This document shows positions 50,290 to 62,335 of a DNA stretch of 64,000 bases, piece by piece; the stretch's first letter is position 1, and the number at the start of each line of letters is the position of its first letter. The notes below the pieces were generated by a model, which did not search any database, was not told the DNA's origin, and saw only the letters and a list, made by a program, of their open reading frames with translations. The stretch comes from Chiloscyllium plagiosum (lineage: Eukaryota): NCBI RefSeq assembly GCF_004010195.1, contig NW_025215346.1, positions 18,636 through 82,635 of the forward strand, given 5' to 3'. A program made the position numbers and the translations under genes.

Positions 50290-53200
50290 AGTTCAAAAGG
50301 TTTTAGAGAATACAAAGGTGGATAAATCTTTGGGATGTGATCTGAAGTATCCCAGAACATTGTGGGAAGTCAGGGAGGAAATTACAAGACTCCTTACAGA
50401 AATATTTGCATCATTTAGATTAAATTCCCTACAATATGGAAACAGGCCCTTTGGCCCAACAAGCCCACATCGACTCTCCAAAGAGTAACCCACCCAGACC
50501 CATTCCCCTACCCTATATTTACCCCTGACTAATGCACCTATCAATATGGCGAAAGTGAGTACTGCAGATTAGAGTCAACAGTGTGCAATATAGCACAGCC
50601 AATTCACCTGACCTGCACATCTTTAGATTGTGGGAGGAAACCTGAGCACCTGGAGGAAACTCACGCAGACACAGGGAGAATGTGCAATCTCCACACAGGC
50701 AGTTGCCCAAGGCAGGAATCAAGCCCGGGTCCCTGGCACTGTGAGGCAGCAGTGCTAACCACTGAGCCACTATGCCACAGTGCCACAGTGCCTGATGACT
50801 GGAGGGTGGCTAATGTTATACCTTTGTTTAAGAAAGCTTGTAAGGAGAAACCGGGAAGTCTGACTTCGATTGTGGGTAAATTGTTGTAGGTGATCATAAA
50901 AATAGTATTTATTGACATTTAGAGGGGCAAACATTGATTAGAGATAGTCAGCATGGTTTTGTGTGAGGAAAACTTTGTCTCACAAACTTGATTGAGTTTT
51001 TTGATGAAGTTACCGAAAAGATTGATGATGGCCAAGCAGTAGACATTGTTTATTTGGATTTTAGTAAAGCCTTCGGCAAGGTTCTGCATTGTAAACTAAT
51101 TAGCAAAGTTAGGTTACATGGGATTCAGTGTAAGCTTGCCAATTGGATACATATTTGGCTTAACGGCAGGAGAAAGCGAGTAATGGTGGAGGGTTGCTTT
51201 CGGACTGGAGGTCTGTGACTACCGTGTTCTACAGGAGTTGGTTCTGGGTCCTCTTTTGTTTGTCATTATATAAATTATTTGAATGAGAATATAAAAGGCA
51301 CAGTTAGTAAGTTTGTGGGTGACACCAAAATGATGCCATAGTAGACAGTAAAAAAGGTTTTCTAAGATTACAACGGGACCTTGATCAAATGGATCAATGG
51401 GCTGAAAAATGGTAAATGGAGTTCAGTCTGGATAAATATGAGGTATTGCATTTTGGGGAGCAACAAAGAAGGGTAGGGCTTATACAATTGATGGTACGGC
51501 CTTAGGTAGTGTTCCAGAATAGAGGGACCTAGGGGTGCAGGTACATAATTCTTTGAAGTTTACATCACATATAGACAGGATGGTTAAAAATGTATTTAGC
51601 ACACTTGCCTTCATTGCTCAGTCCTTTGAGTATATGAGTTGGGAAATCATGTTGAGGTTGTACAGGACATTGGTGAAGCCACTTCAGGAATAAAGTTCCC
51701 CATCGTAGGCTCGTTCAGAAGGTCAGGAGGAATGGGATACAGGGAAATTTAGCTGTCTGGATACAGAATTGTCTGGTCGACAGAAGACAGCGAGTGATAG
51801 TGGAAGGAAAGTATTCTGTCTGGAAGTCAGTGGGGATTGGTGTTCTGTTCTTGGCCTCTACTCTTTGTAATTTTTATTAATGACTTGGATGAGGGGATTG
51901 AAGGATGGGTTAGCAAGCTTGCAGACGACATAAAGGTTGGAGGTGTCGTTGACAGTATAGAGGACTGTTGTAGGCTGCAGCATGACATTGACAGGATGCA
52001 GAGATGGGCTGAGAAGTGGCAGATGGAGTTCAACCTGGATAAATGCATTTTGGAAGGTTGAACTTGAAAGTTGAGTACAGGATTAAAGACAGGGTTCTTG
52101 GCAGTGTGGAGGAACGGTGGGACCTTGGTGTGCAGGTACACAGATCCCTTAAAATTGCCACCCAAGTGGACAGGGTTGTTAAGAAAGCATATGGTGTTTT
52201 GGCTTTCATTAACAGGGGGATTGAGTTTAAGAGCCATGAGATCTTGTTGCAGCTCTTTAAAACATTGGTTAGACTGCACTTGGAATACTGTGTCCAGTTC
52301 TGGTCGCCCTATTATAGGAAAGATGTGGATGCTTTGGAGAGGGTTCAGAGGAGGTTTACCAGGAAGCTGCCTGGAATGGAGGGCTTATCTTATGAGGAGA
52401 GGTTGACTAAGCTCGGACCTTTTCATTGAAAAAAAGAAGGAAGAGAGGGGACCTAATTGAGGTGTACAAGATAATGAGAGGCATAGATAGAGTTGATAGC
52501 CAGAGACTTTTTCCCAGGGCAGAAATTGTTAACACAAGGGGTCATAGTTTTAAGCTGTTTGGCGGAAAGTATAGAAGGGATGTCAGAGGCGGGTTCTTTA
52601 TGCAGAGAGTTGAGAGAGCATAGAATGCATTGCCAGCAGCAGTTGTGGAAGCGAGGTCATTGGGGATATTTAAGAGACTGCTGGACATGCATAGAAATTT
52701 GAGGGTTCATACATTAGGTTTACCTCACATGAGGATCAATGGTCGGCACAACATCGTGGACTGAAGGGCCTGTTCCGTTCTGTACTCTTCTATGTTCTAT
52801 GTTCTATGAATACTGTGTCCAGTTCTGGTCACCCAGTTATAAGAAGGATATTATTAAGCTGAGGGAGTTCAGAAGAGATTTACCAGGATGTTGCCGGGAA
52901 TGGAAGATTTGAACCATAAAGAAAGACTGGATAAGCTGGGACATTTTTCACTGGCGTGTAGGAGCTTGAGAGGTGACCTTATAGAGGTCTATAAAATCAT
53001 AGGGGGTATAGATTGCATTAATGGTAGTTGTCTTTTCCCTAGGATGGGGGATTTCAATACCAGGGGACACATTCTTAAGGTGAGAGGAGAGAGATTTTAA
53101 AAAGGCATAAGAGGCAATTTTTGAGAGTGGTTCATGTGTGGAATGAACTTCCTGAGGAAGTGGTGAATGTGGATATAACTAGAATGTTTAAATGACATTT

Positions 53201-53330
53201 GAGTAGATACATGAATAGGAAAGGTTTGGAGGGGTATGGGCTCAGGAACAGGCAGGTGGGACTAGTTTAGTTTGGTAGGAACTGGTAGGACTGAAGGGTC
53301 TGTTGCCGTGCTGTATGATTCTATGACTCT
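50290..53330 (+). mobile_element. Long CR1 ORF2 remnant, interrupted by HE1 (50416-50778, minus) and a second CR1 (51693-52807)
   Basis: VPDDWRVANVIPLFKK, VDIVYLDFSKAF, MLPGMEDL...GDLIEVYK; ctatgact tail. Confidence 0.9.
51693..52807 (+). mobile_element. CR1 LINE (different subfamily) nested in a CR1
   Basis: FINDLDEGIEGWVSKLADDIK...LVRLHLEYCVQFWSPYYRK; (ttctatg)n tail; gaata duplicated at 51688-51692 and 52808-52812. Confidence 0.9.
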
Positions 53331-56019
53331 ATATGGCATTGTATATTTGTATAGTATTTCAGTGATTGTTCCTAGTGTCAAACATATAGCTGAAGTCATT
53401 CTGTATGTCAAGTGGAACTTGATTGTCTCATAAGGTGCAATCTTGTATCTCAGACATAACATAGCTAGCCCCTAAGTAAGACCTACCATAACATAGACAG
53501 CTCTTTTCATCAGAGAGAGTGGTGATTCAAGAATGTCAGCTGGTGAGGGAATCAAACCCACACTGTTAGCATTACACCTGACATCTAGCCAACTCAACTA
53601 ACTGACCTCCCAAGCTGCTGAGTGTTGTGTAATAAACCCATTTACTGCTCATCTACATTGAATCTTTCTTCTGCTAAGGGGTTTGTTAAATTGATGACAC
53701 CAAGAAAGAATGGTAGCAATGGTTCTGGCAGAAGCCATTCTATATATCAGACTTCAAGCACTGCCTTAAAGGGATGCTCTCTGCTTCATCATCATCTTTG
53801 CAGTTGGAGCAGTGAAATACCTCAGGACACATTGCCAAGACTTCGCCAATGCTCAAGAAACATTTATTCTAGAGGTTCTATCAGAGATTCGACTAAGTGC
53901 TGTATTAGCCCGGTTTGTAGGAGTTTCCAGCATATAGAAAATGCTTGATAAAGGGCACCTTGCTCAGAGTGTCCCTCAGTTTGGATGAGAAATGGGAGGA
54001 GGATTTGAGTCCAGGCCAAGCGAAGGAGAGGCAGAAGCAGGAAGGTGAAGTGATGTTCTTTCACTAGCCTCCTCACTCTCCCACTTCCCCCATGGGTACA
54101 GGACATCCACCTCTTCTGAATATCCTCCAGCAGGATCTTCTGTGTGACATCCATATCATCACCCTCAGTCATGAAGCTACCCTGCAGCATGTTGCTGTGT
54201 GACAGCCTAAGCACTCCACCCAGGAGCCCACATACACTGCTCCATAAAAGTTGCTTCTACCCAACATCGCAGTGTTAAATCTGAAAATGCTTCACCAGGA
54301 AAGTTCAAATTGTGGCAACCAGCAATTCTAACAAAAACCTGTATGCGAAATCAGGACAACTAAACAGGCGTGTCTCACTAACACAGCATCCATACACTGC
54401 CTGTTTTCATCTGTCCACCAAAACAACTCCCTTATACTTATATTCTCTGGAAATAAATGGTCCATTTCTGATGTTATCGTCTTCAATTAATGGTAAGAAT
54501 CTATTATTTATTTGTGTTTTGCTTTTATTTTCTTCTTACCTATTGAGCCTTTCCTTCCTAGAAAGGGTTGGCCCATCTGAATGATTAGCCAGAAATAGTG
54601 CATCTGGCTGTTAAACCTTCTTACAACTCTCTCAAAACAGTGGTGCCTGGTTCTCAAATCAGTTTTCAACATAGCAGAAGATGATGCCCCTCAGCCTCTG
54701 GGGACTATGAATTATCTACGTTGATTGTTGAACTGCAATAGCAAATAGCAGAAATGTGTAACCTATTTATTGAGTGAGTATGGGGAATGTAGCACAGATA
54801 CTCTAGACTCTGATAACTGATTTGTCTCAATCTTACTGATGTAATATTTAATTTTAAAAACGGAATATTCCTGTATCAGCGAGCTGTGACTTATGCAGCT
54901 CATTCAACCTCCCAGTAGCTCCCGGTGACAGCAGGAATGATGGGAACTGAGCACCTGTGTGGGTCTTTCATTTCACTACAAGCCTATTTCAATATAAATG
55001 AGAAGCTCAATTATGGGGCCAGAAACACCTTTTCATCAAAAAAAGCATTGGTGGGAAGGCTGAAAGCAGGTGCAATGGAATACGGTGTCATAAAAGACAC
55101 CAAGTTCAATATGTTAATAAAACTTGTTGGTCACACAAATTGCAGAAAGATGTAAAATTTGGCAATTACATTGGCGAGTGAGAAAAATCGATAGTCTGAT
55201 TTTAGTCAATGTGTCTGTTGAGGAGGACAATTACAGCACAGAGCATGAAGTAAACCTTCATTATTGCTGGCAAAACTCCCTCGAGCTCAAAATATGCGAT
55301 TAACCTTGCTGTCATTTCAAGACACTAGCCATCAAATTTATCCATTGAATGTCCACTGCAGGTCTCCATAAATTCATTAAACCCTTTATGCTTCAAGTCA
55401 GAAGAGCTGGATATTAAAATGCTAAACTAAATGCACGAAGGAAAAACAAGTGAACTGAAAGAAAAATAAAGCTTTAATTCATGGACAGATTCTAAATGCG
55501 GTGAGGAACAGCCGTAGACCCACCTTAGCAATATTTATTACAGCGAGGTTTAATTAGGTTTTGTGTGATAATTGATTGCACTTTTTTTTTACCTTTACTT
55601 ATTCAGTCACATGAATCCTGCATTAATGTCTGCATCTGCCTCTTCACTGCCTACTACAACATCACACCTGCCCATGTATGATATTTTAAATACAGGAGGA
55701 TTTTGCTAATGGCTTTTTGTTTGCTCCCCTGCTTTGTTGCTTAATTCAACTCTGTTTTCATCATGGGGTTGGCAGATGCTGTACCTTCACCTGCTGCAGA
55801 TGTACTCAATTCTTTCAGAAGCTTAGAAAACAGGCTACAATAGGCCTTCTTTTCATTGGGCTAAAGCCAATATAAGGCACTTGACTTAAGGATGGGCTTC
55901 GTGCCCTCAAGAGCAGCTGAATCTGTGTGCTTCTACATTCACACTTAGGAGTTACACCATCTCTCCTTCAAATTGTGAATATTTATGTCTATATGTTGGC
56001 ACCATGATGCATCCTTATT

Positions 56020-56335
56020 AGAATCATAGATCAGTGTGGAAGCAGGTCATTCAGCCCATCACACTGACACGCTGAAGAGCATCCCACCCAGATCCAACCC
56101 TATCCCTGTAATCCTGCATTCCCCATAGCTAATCCACCTAGTCTACACATCCTTGGACACAATAGGCAATTTCGCATGGCCAATCCACTTAAGGGGCACA
56201 TCTTTTGGAACAAGTGGAGGAAACCCACGCAGACACGGGGAGAACATGCAAACTCCACTCAGACAGTCAAACCAGGGTGGAATCGAACCCAGGCGCTGTG
56301 AGGCAGCAGCACTAACCACTGAGCCACCTTGCCAC
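56020..56335 (-). mobile_element. HE1 SINE
   Basis: Head, V-domain, tail. Confidence 0.88.
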
Positions 56336-56511
56336 CTATTAAACGCGTACCATGAATAGGACCTTTTAATAACTGAGCTAAGTACTTACTCCTTCCCCAT
56401 GAGGTATAATTTACTCTCTTACATCCCATGAATTTAATCCCCTGAAATTTCTACAAAGTTCGTCCCCAAAAAACGGTATCCAGCAAAACTCTAGAATATC
56501 AGCCAACATTG

Positions 56512-56740
56512 GGGCATTGGAAACAGGAGTAGGAGTAGGTCATTCGGTCCCTCAAGCCTGCTCACCATGCAAAGCTCATGGCTGATCTTCCACCTCAAGG
56601 CCATTTCCTCACACGTTTCCTTCCCATCTCCTTTTGTGTCTTTACCACCTTGAAATCTGTCGATCTCCTCTTTGTTTATACCCATCGACTAATCCTCTGC
56701 AGCCAGCCGGGGTAGAGAACTCCGAAGGTCCACCACCCTT
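56512..56740 (-). mobile_element. Degenerate CR1 3' end
   Basis: aggagtaggtcattcggtccctcaagcctgct...atggctgatc. Confidence 0.6.
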
Positions 56741-57094
56741 GCAGTGTCAGTTTGAAATGATTTACCTCTTATCATGTCCCCTGGCACCCCTTCCAGCCAG
56801 GGAACCCTCCTGCCTATATTTAACCTATGAACAATTTTATAAGCTTCCTCTGTCTTTAACAGCTTCTTTGCTTCCTAAAGATGTCATTCTAAATCTTCCT
56901 ACGGCAGAACTTCAGTTCATCACAAGACAGTACCTCACCAGATTTCCAGATTTAGCTACATTTATGCAACTCAGACAAGTATTCCAGACTTTTGGGGTGG
57001 CTGGGAAATGGTGGCACAGGCCTTTGAATCAAAGCATGGTCAACAGCAATAATGATTCTTTCACATTTCCATCAATTATCAGCCAATTAATTGA

Positions 57095-57432
57095 TGGCAC
57101 ACTGGCTCAGTGATTAGCACCGCTGCCTCACAGCACTGGGTCCAATTCCAGCCTCGGGTGACTGCCTGCGCCAAGTTTGCACATTGTCCCTCTGCCTGCA
57201 GGGGCTTCCTCCTCATGCTCCAATTTCCTCCCACAGTCCAATGATATGCAGGTTAGGTGGATTGGCCATGATAGTAATCACGCATAGTATCCAGGAATGT
57301 GCAGGTTAGGTGCATTAGCCATAGGTTACAGAGATGGGGTAGGGGGAATGGGTCTGGGTGGGATGTTCTTTGGAGAGTCAGAGTGGACTTGATGGGCTGA
57401 ATGGCCTGCTTCCACACTGTTGGGATTCCATG
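57095..57432 (+). mobile_element. HE1 SINE
   Basis: Head, V-domain, tail. Confidence 0.87.
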
Positions 57433-57652
57433 AGAATTCGACTACCGTTGAGAAGACTTCAAGTTTTTCATGACAACACTGGACATCAGAAACTAACAGA
57501 TGGCCCATGGAAGAGCATAAACGATGTGGTATCTTGTTTCAGAACATCTCTGTAAATTTATTTGAAATATTTCTGTACAGGTAATATATAATTACAGTAT
57601 TTTAAAACAAATTTAATACACTAGCACACTTAAAAAACAGAGTTTGGTTAGA

Positions 57653-57863
57653 CTCTAGATTAGAGTGGTGGTGGAAAAGTACAGCAGGTCAGGCAGCATC
57701 TGAGGAGCAGGAAAAATCAATATTTTGGGCAAAAGCCCTTCATCAGGCTTTTACCTGAAACGTCGATTTTCCTGCTCCTCGGATGCTGCCTGACCTGCTG
57801 TGGTTTTCCAGCACCACTCTAATCTAGACTCTGATCTCAAGCATTTGCAGTCCTCACTTTCAC
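57653..57863. mobile_element. Fold-back PLE family A-like insertion
   Basis: 15-bp TSD cagagtttggttaga at 57638-57652 and 57864-57878; arms switch inside the HHR at ~57747. Confidence 0.9.
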
Positions 57864-58529
57864 CAGAGTTTGGTTAGATGTTGGGGGTAAACCGTTGACA
57901 TTTTAAGGAACTAGCTGTTCTCGCTAGTGTTTACGATATGCAGGGACATTATGGTAGTTGTTACTGTTGTATAAGGTCACAGTTCCAAAAGGGTTAATGT
58001 TGGTGATTGCTTAGGTTCCACCCCATCAGATTATGGAGAATGAAAGAATCTAGGTTAGTCCTGATGGGGTCAGATGTGTCATCCTTGGCTTCTGACAGCC
58101 AATGGACCTTGTTCCTGTGATTATCACTTTAACAATGGCCCAGATATTAGAATTGTCAGAACACCATTGCAGCAGCATAGACTGAAATTGTGTGTTTGGA
58201 CCCTTGCGGAATCCAGTTCACTCCATGGAAATTGCCGGCAAGTTGAGTTCTCTGATTGACAGTTCCCTTGTATCAGGAATTCTCTGATTATGTTCATTGA
58301 TGTCAGAAAACTCAGAGGCTTCCATCTTAGTCATCTTCATGACTACTCAGGAATAGTGAGAGGATTAAACAATTATTTAGATAATTAAACTCACCCCGAG
58401 TCACCACTGACCATCAGAACCCACCCACAACAATTACCCATTCCCTTCACCTGACCCCTGACCCCTGACTGCCTGAATCCAGTCTCCGGATTCCTAGCTC
58501 CTGTCAATCTGGTGACCAGTGTGTTGGTG

Positions 58530-58752
58530 TTGTTGAGGGCAGTGAGGGGGTCACTGTCAGAGTGTGAGGCAGGTGTGAAGGGGGAGGTGGGGGTCACTGT
58601 CAGACTGAGGGGGGATGAGGGGTTTTGAGTGGGGTAACTGTCAGAGTGAGGGGGGAGTGAGGGGGGTCACTGTCAGAGTGAGGGGGAATGTGGGGGTTCA
58701 CTGTCAGAGTGAGGTGGGAGTGAGGGGGTCACTGTCAGAGTGAGGGGGGGCA
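58530..58752 (+). repeat. G-rich ~31-bp minisatellite (gggggtcactgtcagagtgaggggggagtga)
   Basis: About 6 diverged units. Confidence 0.85.
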
Positions 58753-59675
58753 GTGATCATGGGGAAGGTAATTGCTGACAGAATTCCCTGGGTTGCCTCC
58801 CAGGACGAGCATCATTCGAGTGTAGTGGGGTGGTTTTATAGGGCCCTGAGTAGTATAGGCCCACTTCAATATGAGGGACAACCTGCCACATCATTTGTGT
58901 ATTTACAGAGCAGTGAGGCAAGTGTCTCAATAGGTCGTGATCAGTTGTTACTCAAAAAGGATTGTGGCTTGTTAAATATTTAGTTTACTGCTCCACCAAA
59001 TGCATCAAACAAATAAGAAACATCTAGAATTCTCAAATGTGAAAGTTAGTGTAGGTATCTCAAGACTGAAGCTCAATGCTTGACCCAAAGGGTCTTGTAT
59101 ACTGGGCGCTAACATCTCAGAACTGCACTGGGTAATGCTGCAGCATGGACACTGAGAGCTCAGGGACACACTGCCAGCTCATGGACTGGGCCAGGCTGTA
59201 CCTCTGGGCAGTTCATTCACTCTGAACTGACTTGGATGCTCACAGCGCTGCTGCCTTAACTTGCCATTTAACACAGCCACAAAGTCTGGAAGCTTTGACT
59301 CTTTGCCAGCCATCCTCATACAAGTCAGTGAGGTTAGCCTTGAATGAAAGGTCTAGGCACAGTAAGTCAAGGGCAGCCTCCCAAACCAATCCAGGGACTT
59401 GGACACAGTCAGTCAGCTGCTTTGTCAGAGTAAGGATGCTCTCCAAGTAAGGGGTGAGGGGCGGAATAATGGGTACCTCATCACCCACCTTGAGTCATTC
59501 AAAATGGCGGCACTGGCAGGGTAGGCCCCCCCACTCAAGGCTGGCTGTATCCTTTTCCTTCCTCTCCCCTTTTTGTCTTCCTTTTTCTTTTCTTCTTCTT
59601 TTCTTCATCTTCCTGGGGATTGAAGGAAGGCAGGAACAGTGCAGTTGGGTGACAGGAGCCTGGCTTCATAGGTCA

Positions 59676-60590
59676 GATAGTGGACAATGAAGAAGGTTAC
59701 CTCAGATTACAACGGGATCTTAATCAGGTGGGCCAATGGATTGAGGAGTGGGAGATAGAGTTTAACTTAGATAAATGTGAGGCGCAGCATTTTGGGAAAG
59801 CAAATTATAACAGGACTTATACACTTAATGGTAAGGTCCTAGGGAGTGTTGCTGAACAAAGAGAGCTTGCAGTGCAGGTTCATAGCTCCTTGAAAGTGAA
59901 ATCTCAGGTAGCTAGGATGATGAAGAAGGCGTTTGGTATGCTTTCCTTTATTGGTCAGAGTACCAAGTACAGGAGTTGGGAGGTCTTGTTGCAGCTGTAC
60001 AGGATGTTGATTAGGCTACTTTTGGAATGTTGCATGGAATTCTGTTCTCCTTCCTATCGAAAAGATGTTGTGAAACTTGAAAGGTTCAGAAATGATTTAC
60101 AAGGATGTTGCCAGGGTAGGAGGATTTGAGCTATTGGGAGAGGTGAACAGGCTGGGGCTGTTTTCCCTGGAGCGTCAGAGGATGAGTTTATAAAGGTTTA
60201 TAAGCTTTATAAACCTTATGGAGGTTTATAAAATCATGAGGGGCATAGACAGCATAAATGGACAAGGTTTTTTCCCCAGGGTGGGGAAGTACAGAACTGG
60301 ACGGCATAGGTTTAGGGTGAGAAGGTAAAGGCTTAAAAGGGACCTAAGGGGCAACATTTTCACACAGAGGGTGGTGTGGGTATGGTATGAGCTGCCAGAG
60401 GAAGTGGTGGAAGAAGGTATAATTACATTGTTTAGAAGGCATCTGGATGGGTATATGAATAGGAAGGGTTTAGAGGGATATGGACCAACTGCTGGGAAAT
60501 GGGACTAGATTAGGTTGGGATATCTGGTTGGCATGGACGAGTTGGACTGAAGAGTCTGTTTCCATGTTGTACATCTTTATGACTCTGTGA
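59676..60590 (+). mobile_element. CR1/HER1-type LINE 3' fragment
   Basis: DNEEGYLRLQRDL...EFNLDKC...KAFGMLSFIGQ; 3' UTR. Confidence 0.93.
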
Positions 60591-62335
60591 CTCTGTGATT
60601 CTGTGACTCTGTGACTCTGTGATTCTGTGACTGTGATTCTGTGACTCTATGACTGTGATTCTGTGATTCTGTGATTCTGTGACTCTGTGATTCTGTGACT
60701 ATGTGACTCTGTGATTCTGTGACTCTGTGATTCTGTGATTCTGTGACTCTTGACTCTCTGACTCTATGACTCTGTGATTCTGTGACTCTGCGATTCTGTG
60801 TCTGTGTGACTCTGTGACTCTGTGACTCTGTGATTCTGTGACTCTGACTCTGTGACTCTATGACTCTGTGATTCTGTGACTCTGTGACTCTGTGACTCTG
60901 TGTCTCTGTGATTCTGTGACTCTGAGTCTCTGTGTCTCTGTGACTCTGTGACTCTGTGTCTCTGTGTCTCTGTGACTATGTGACTCTGTGACTCTGTGAC
61001 TGACTCTATGATTCTGTGACTCTGTGACTCTGTGTCTCTGTGACTCTGTGACTCTGTGTCTCTGTGTCTCTGTGATTCTGTGACTCTGTGATTCTGTGAC
61101 TCTGCGACTCTGTGATTCTGTGTCTCTATGACTCTGTGTCTCTGTGACTCTGTGACTGCGATTCTGTGACTCTGTGACTGCGATTCTGTGAATCTATGAC
61201 TCTGTGTCTCTGTGACTCTGTGACTCTGTGTCTCTGTGTCTCTGTGATTCTGTGATTCTGTGACTCTGTGACTCTGTGATTCTATTACTCTGTGACTCTG
61301 TGACTCTGTGACTCTGTGATTCTGTGATCCTGAGACTCTGTGAATCTGTGACTCTGTGACTCTGTGACTCTGTGAATCTGTGGCTCTGTGATTTGTGACT
61401 CTGTGACTCTGTGACTCTATGACTCTGTGATTCTGTGACTCTGTGACTCTGTGACTCTGTGACTGTGATGCTGTGACTCTGTGTCTCTGTGTCTCTGTGA
61501 TTCTGTGACTCTGTGACTCTGTGTCTCTGTGACTGTGATGCTGTTACTCTGTGTCTCTGTGATTCTGTGACTCTGTGATTCTATGACTCTGTGACTCTGT
61601 GACTCTGTGATTCTGTGACTCTATGACTCTGTGTCTCTGTGACTCTGTGACTCTGCGATTCTGTGACTCTGTGACTCTGTGATTCTGTGTCTCTGTGACT
61701 CTGTGACTGTGATACTGTGATTCTGTGACTCTGTGACTCTGTGATACTGTGACTCTGTGACTCTGTGACTGTGATACTGTGACTCTGTGACTCTGTGTCT
61801 CTGTGTCTCTGTGAGTCTGTGACTCTGTGATTCTGTGTCTCTGTGTCTCTGTGACTGTGATGCTGGGACTCTGTGATTCTGTGTCTGTGTCTCTGTGACT
61901 GTGATACTGTGATTCTGTGACTCTATGATTCTGTGACTCTGACTCTGTGATTCTGTGACTCTATGACTGTGACTCTGTGACTCTGATTCTGTGACTGTGA
62001 TTCTGTGACTCTATGACTCTGTGACTCTGTGATTCTGTGATTCGGTGACTCTGTGATTCTGTGATCCTGTGACTCTGTGACTCTGTGTTTCTGTGACTCT
62101 GTGATTCTGACTCTGTGACTCTGTGATTCTGTGTCTCTGTGTCTCTGTGACTGTGATACTGTGACTCTGTGTCTCTGTGACTCTGTGACTTTGACTCTAT
62201 GATTCTGTGACTCTGACTCTGTGACTCTGTGATCGTGTGACTCTGTGACTCTTTGACTCTGTGACTCTTTGACTCTATGATTCTGTGACTCTGTGACTCT
62301 TTGACTCTATGATTCTGTGACTCTGACTCTGTGAC
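60578..62335 (+). repeat. ~1.75-kb octamer satellite (TCTGTGAC with TCTGTGAT, TCTGTGTC, TCTATGAC variants)
   Basis: Continuous array starting at the CR1 3' end. Confidence 0.97.

Noticed and set aside
56634..57113. 159-aa ORF
   Set aside because: Begins in a decayed CR1 and ends in an HE1 head; no domain recognised
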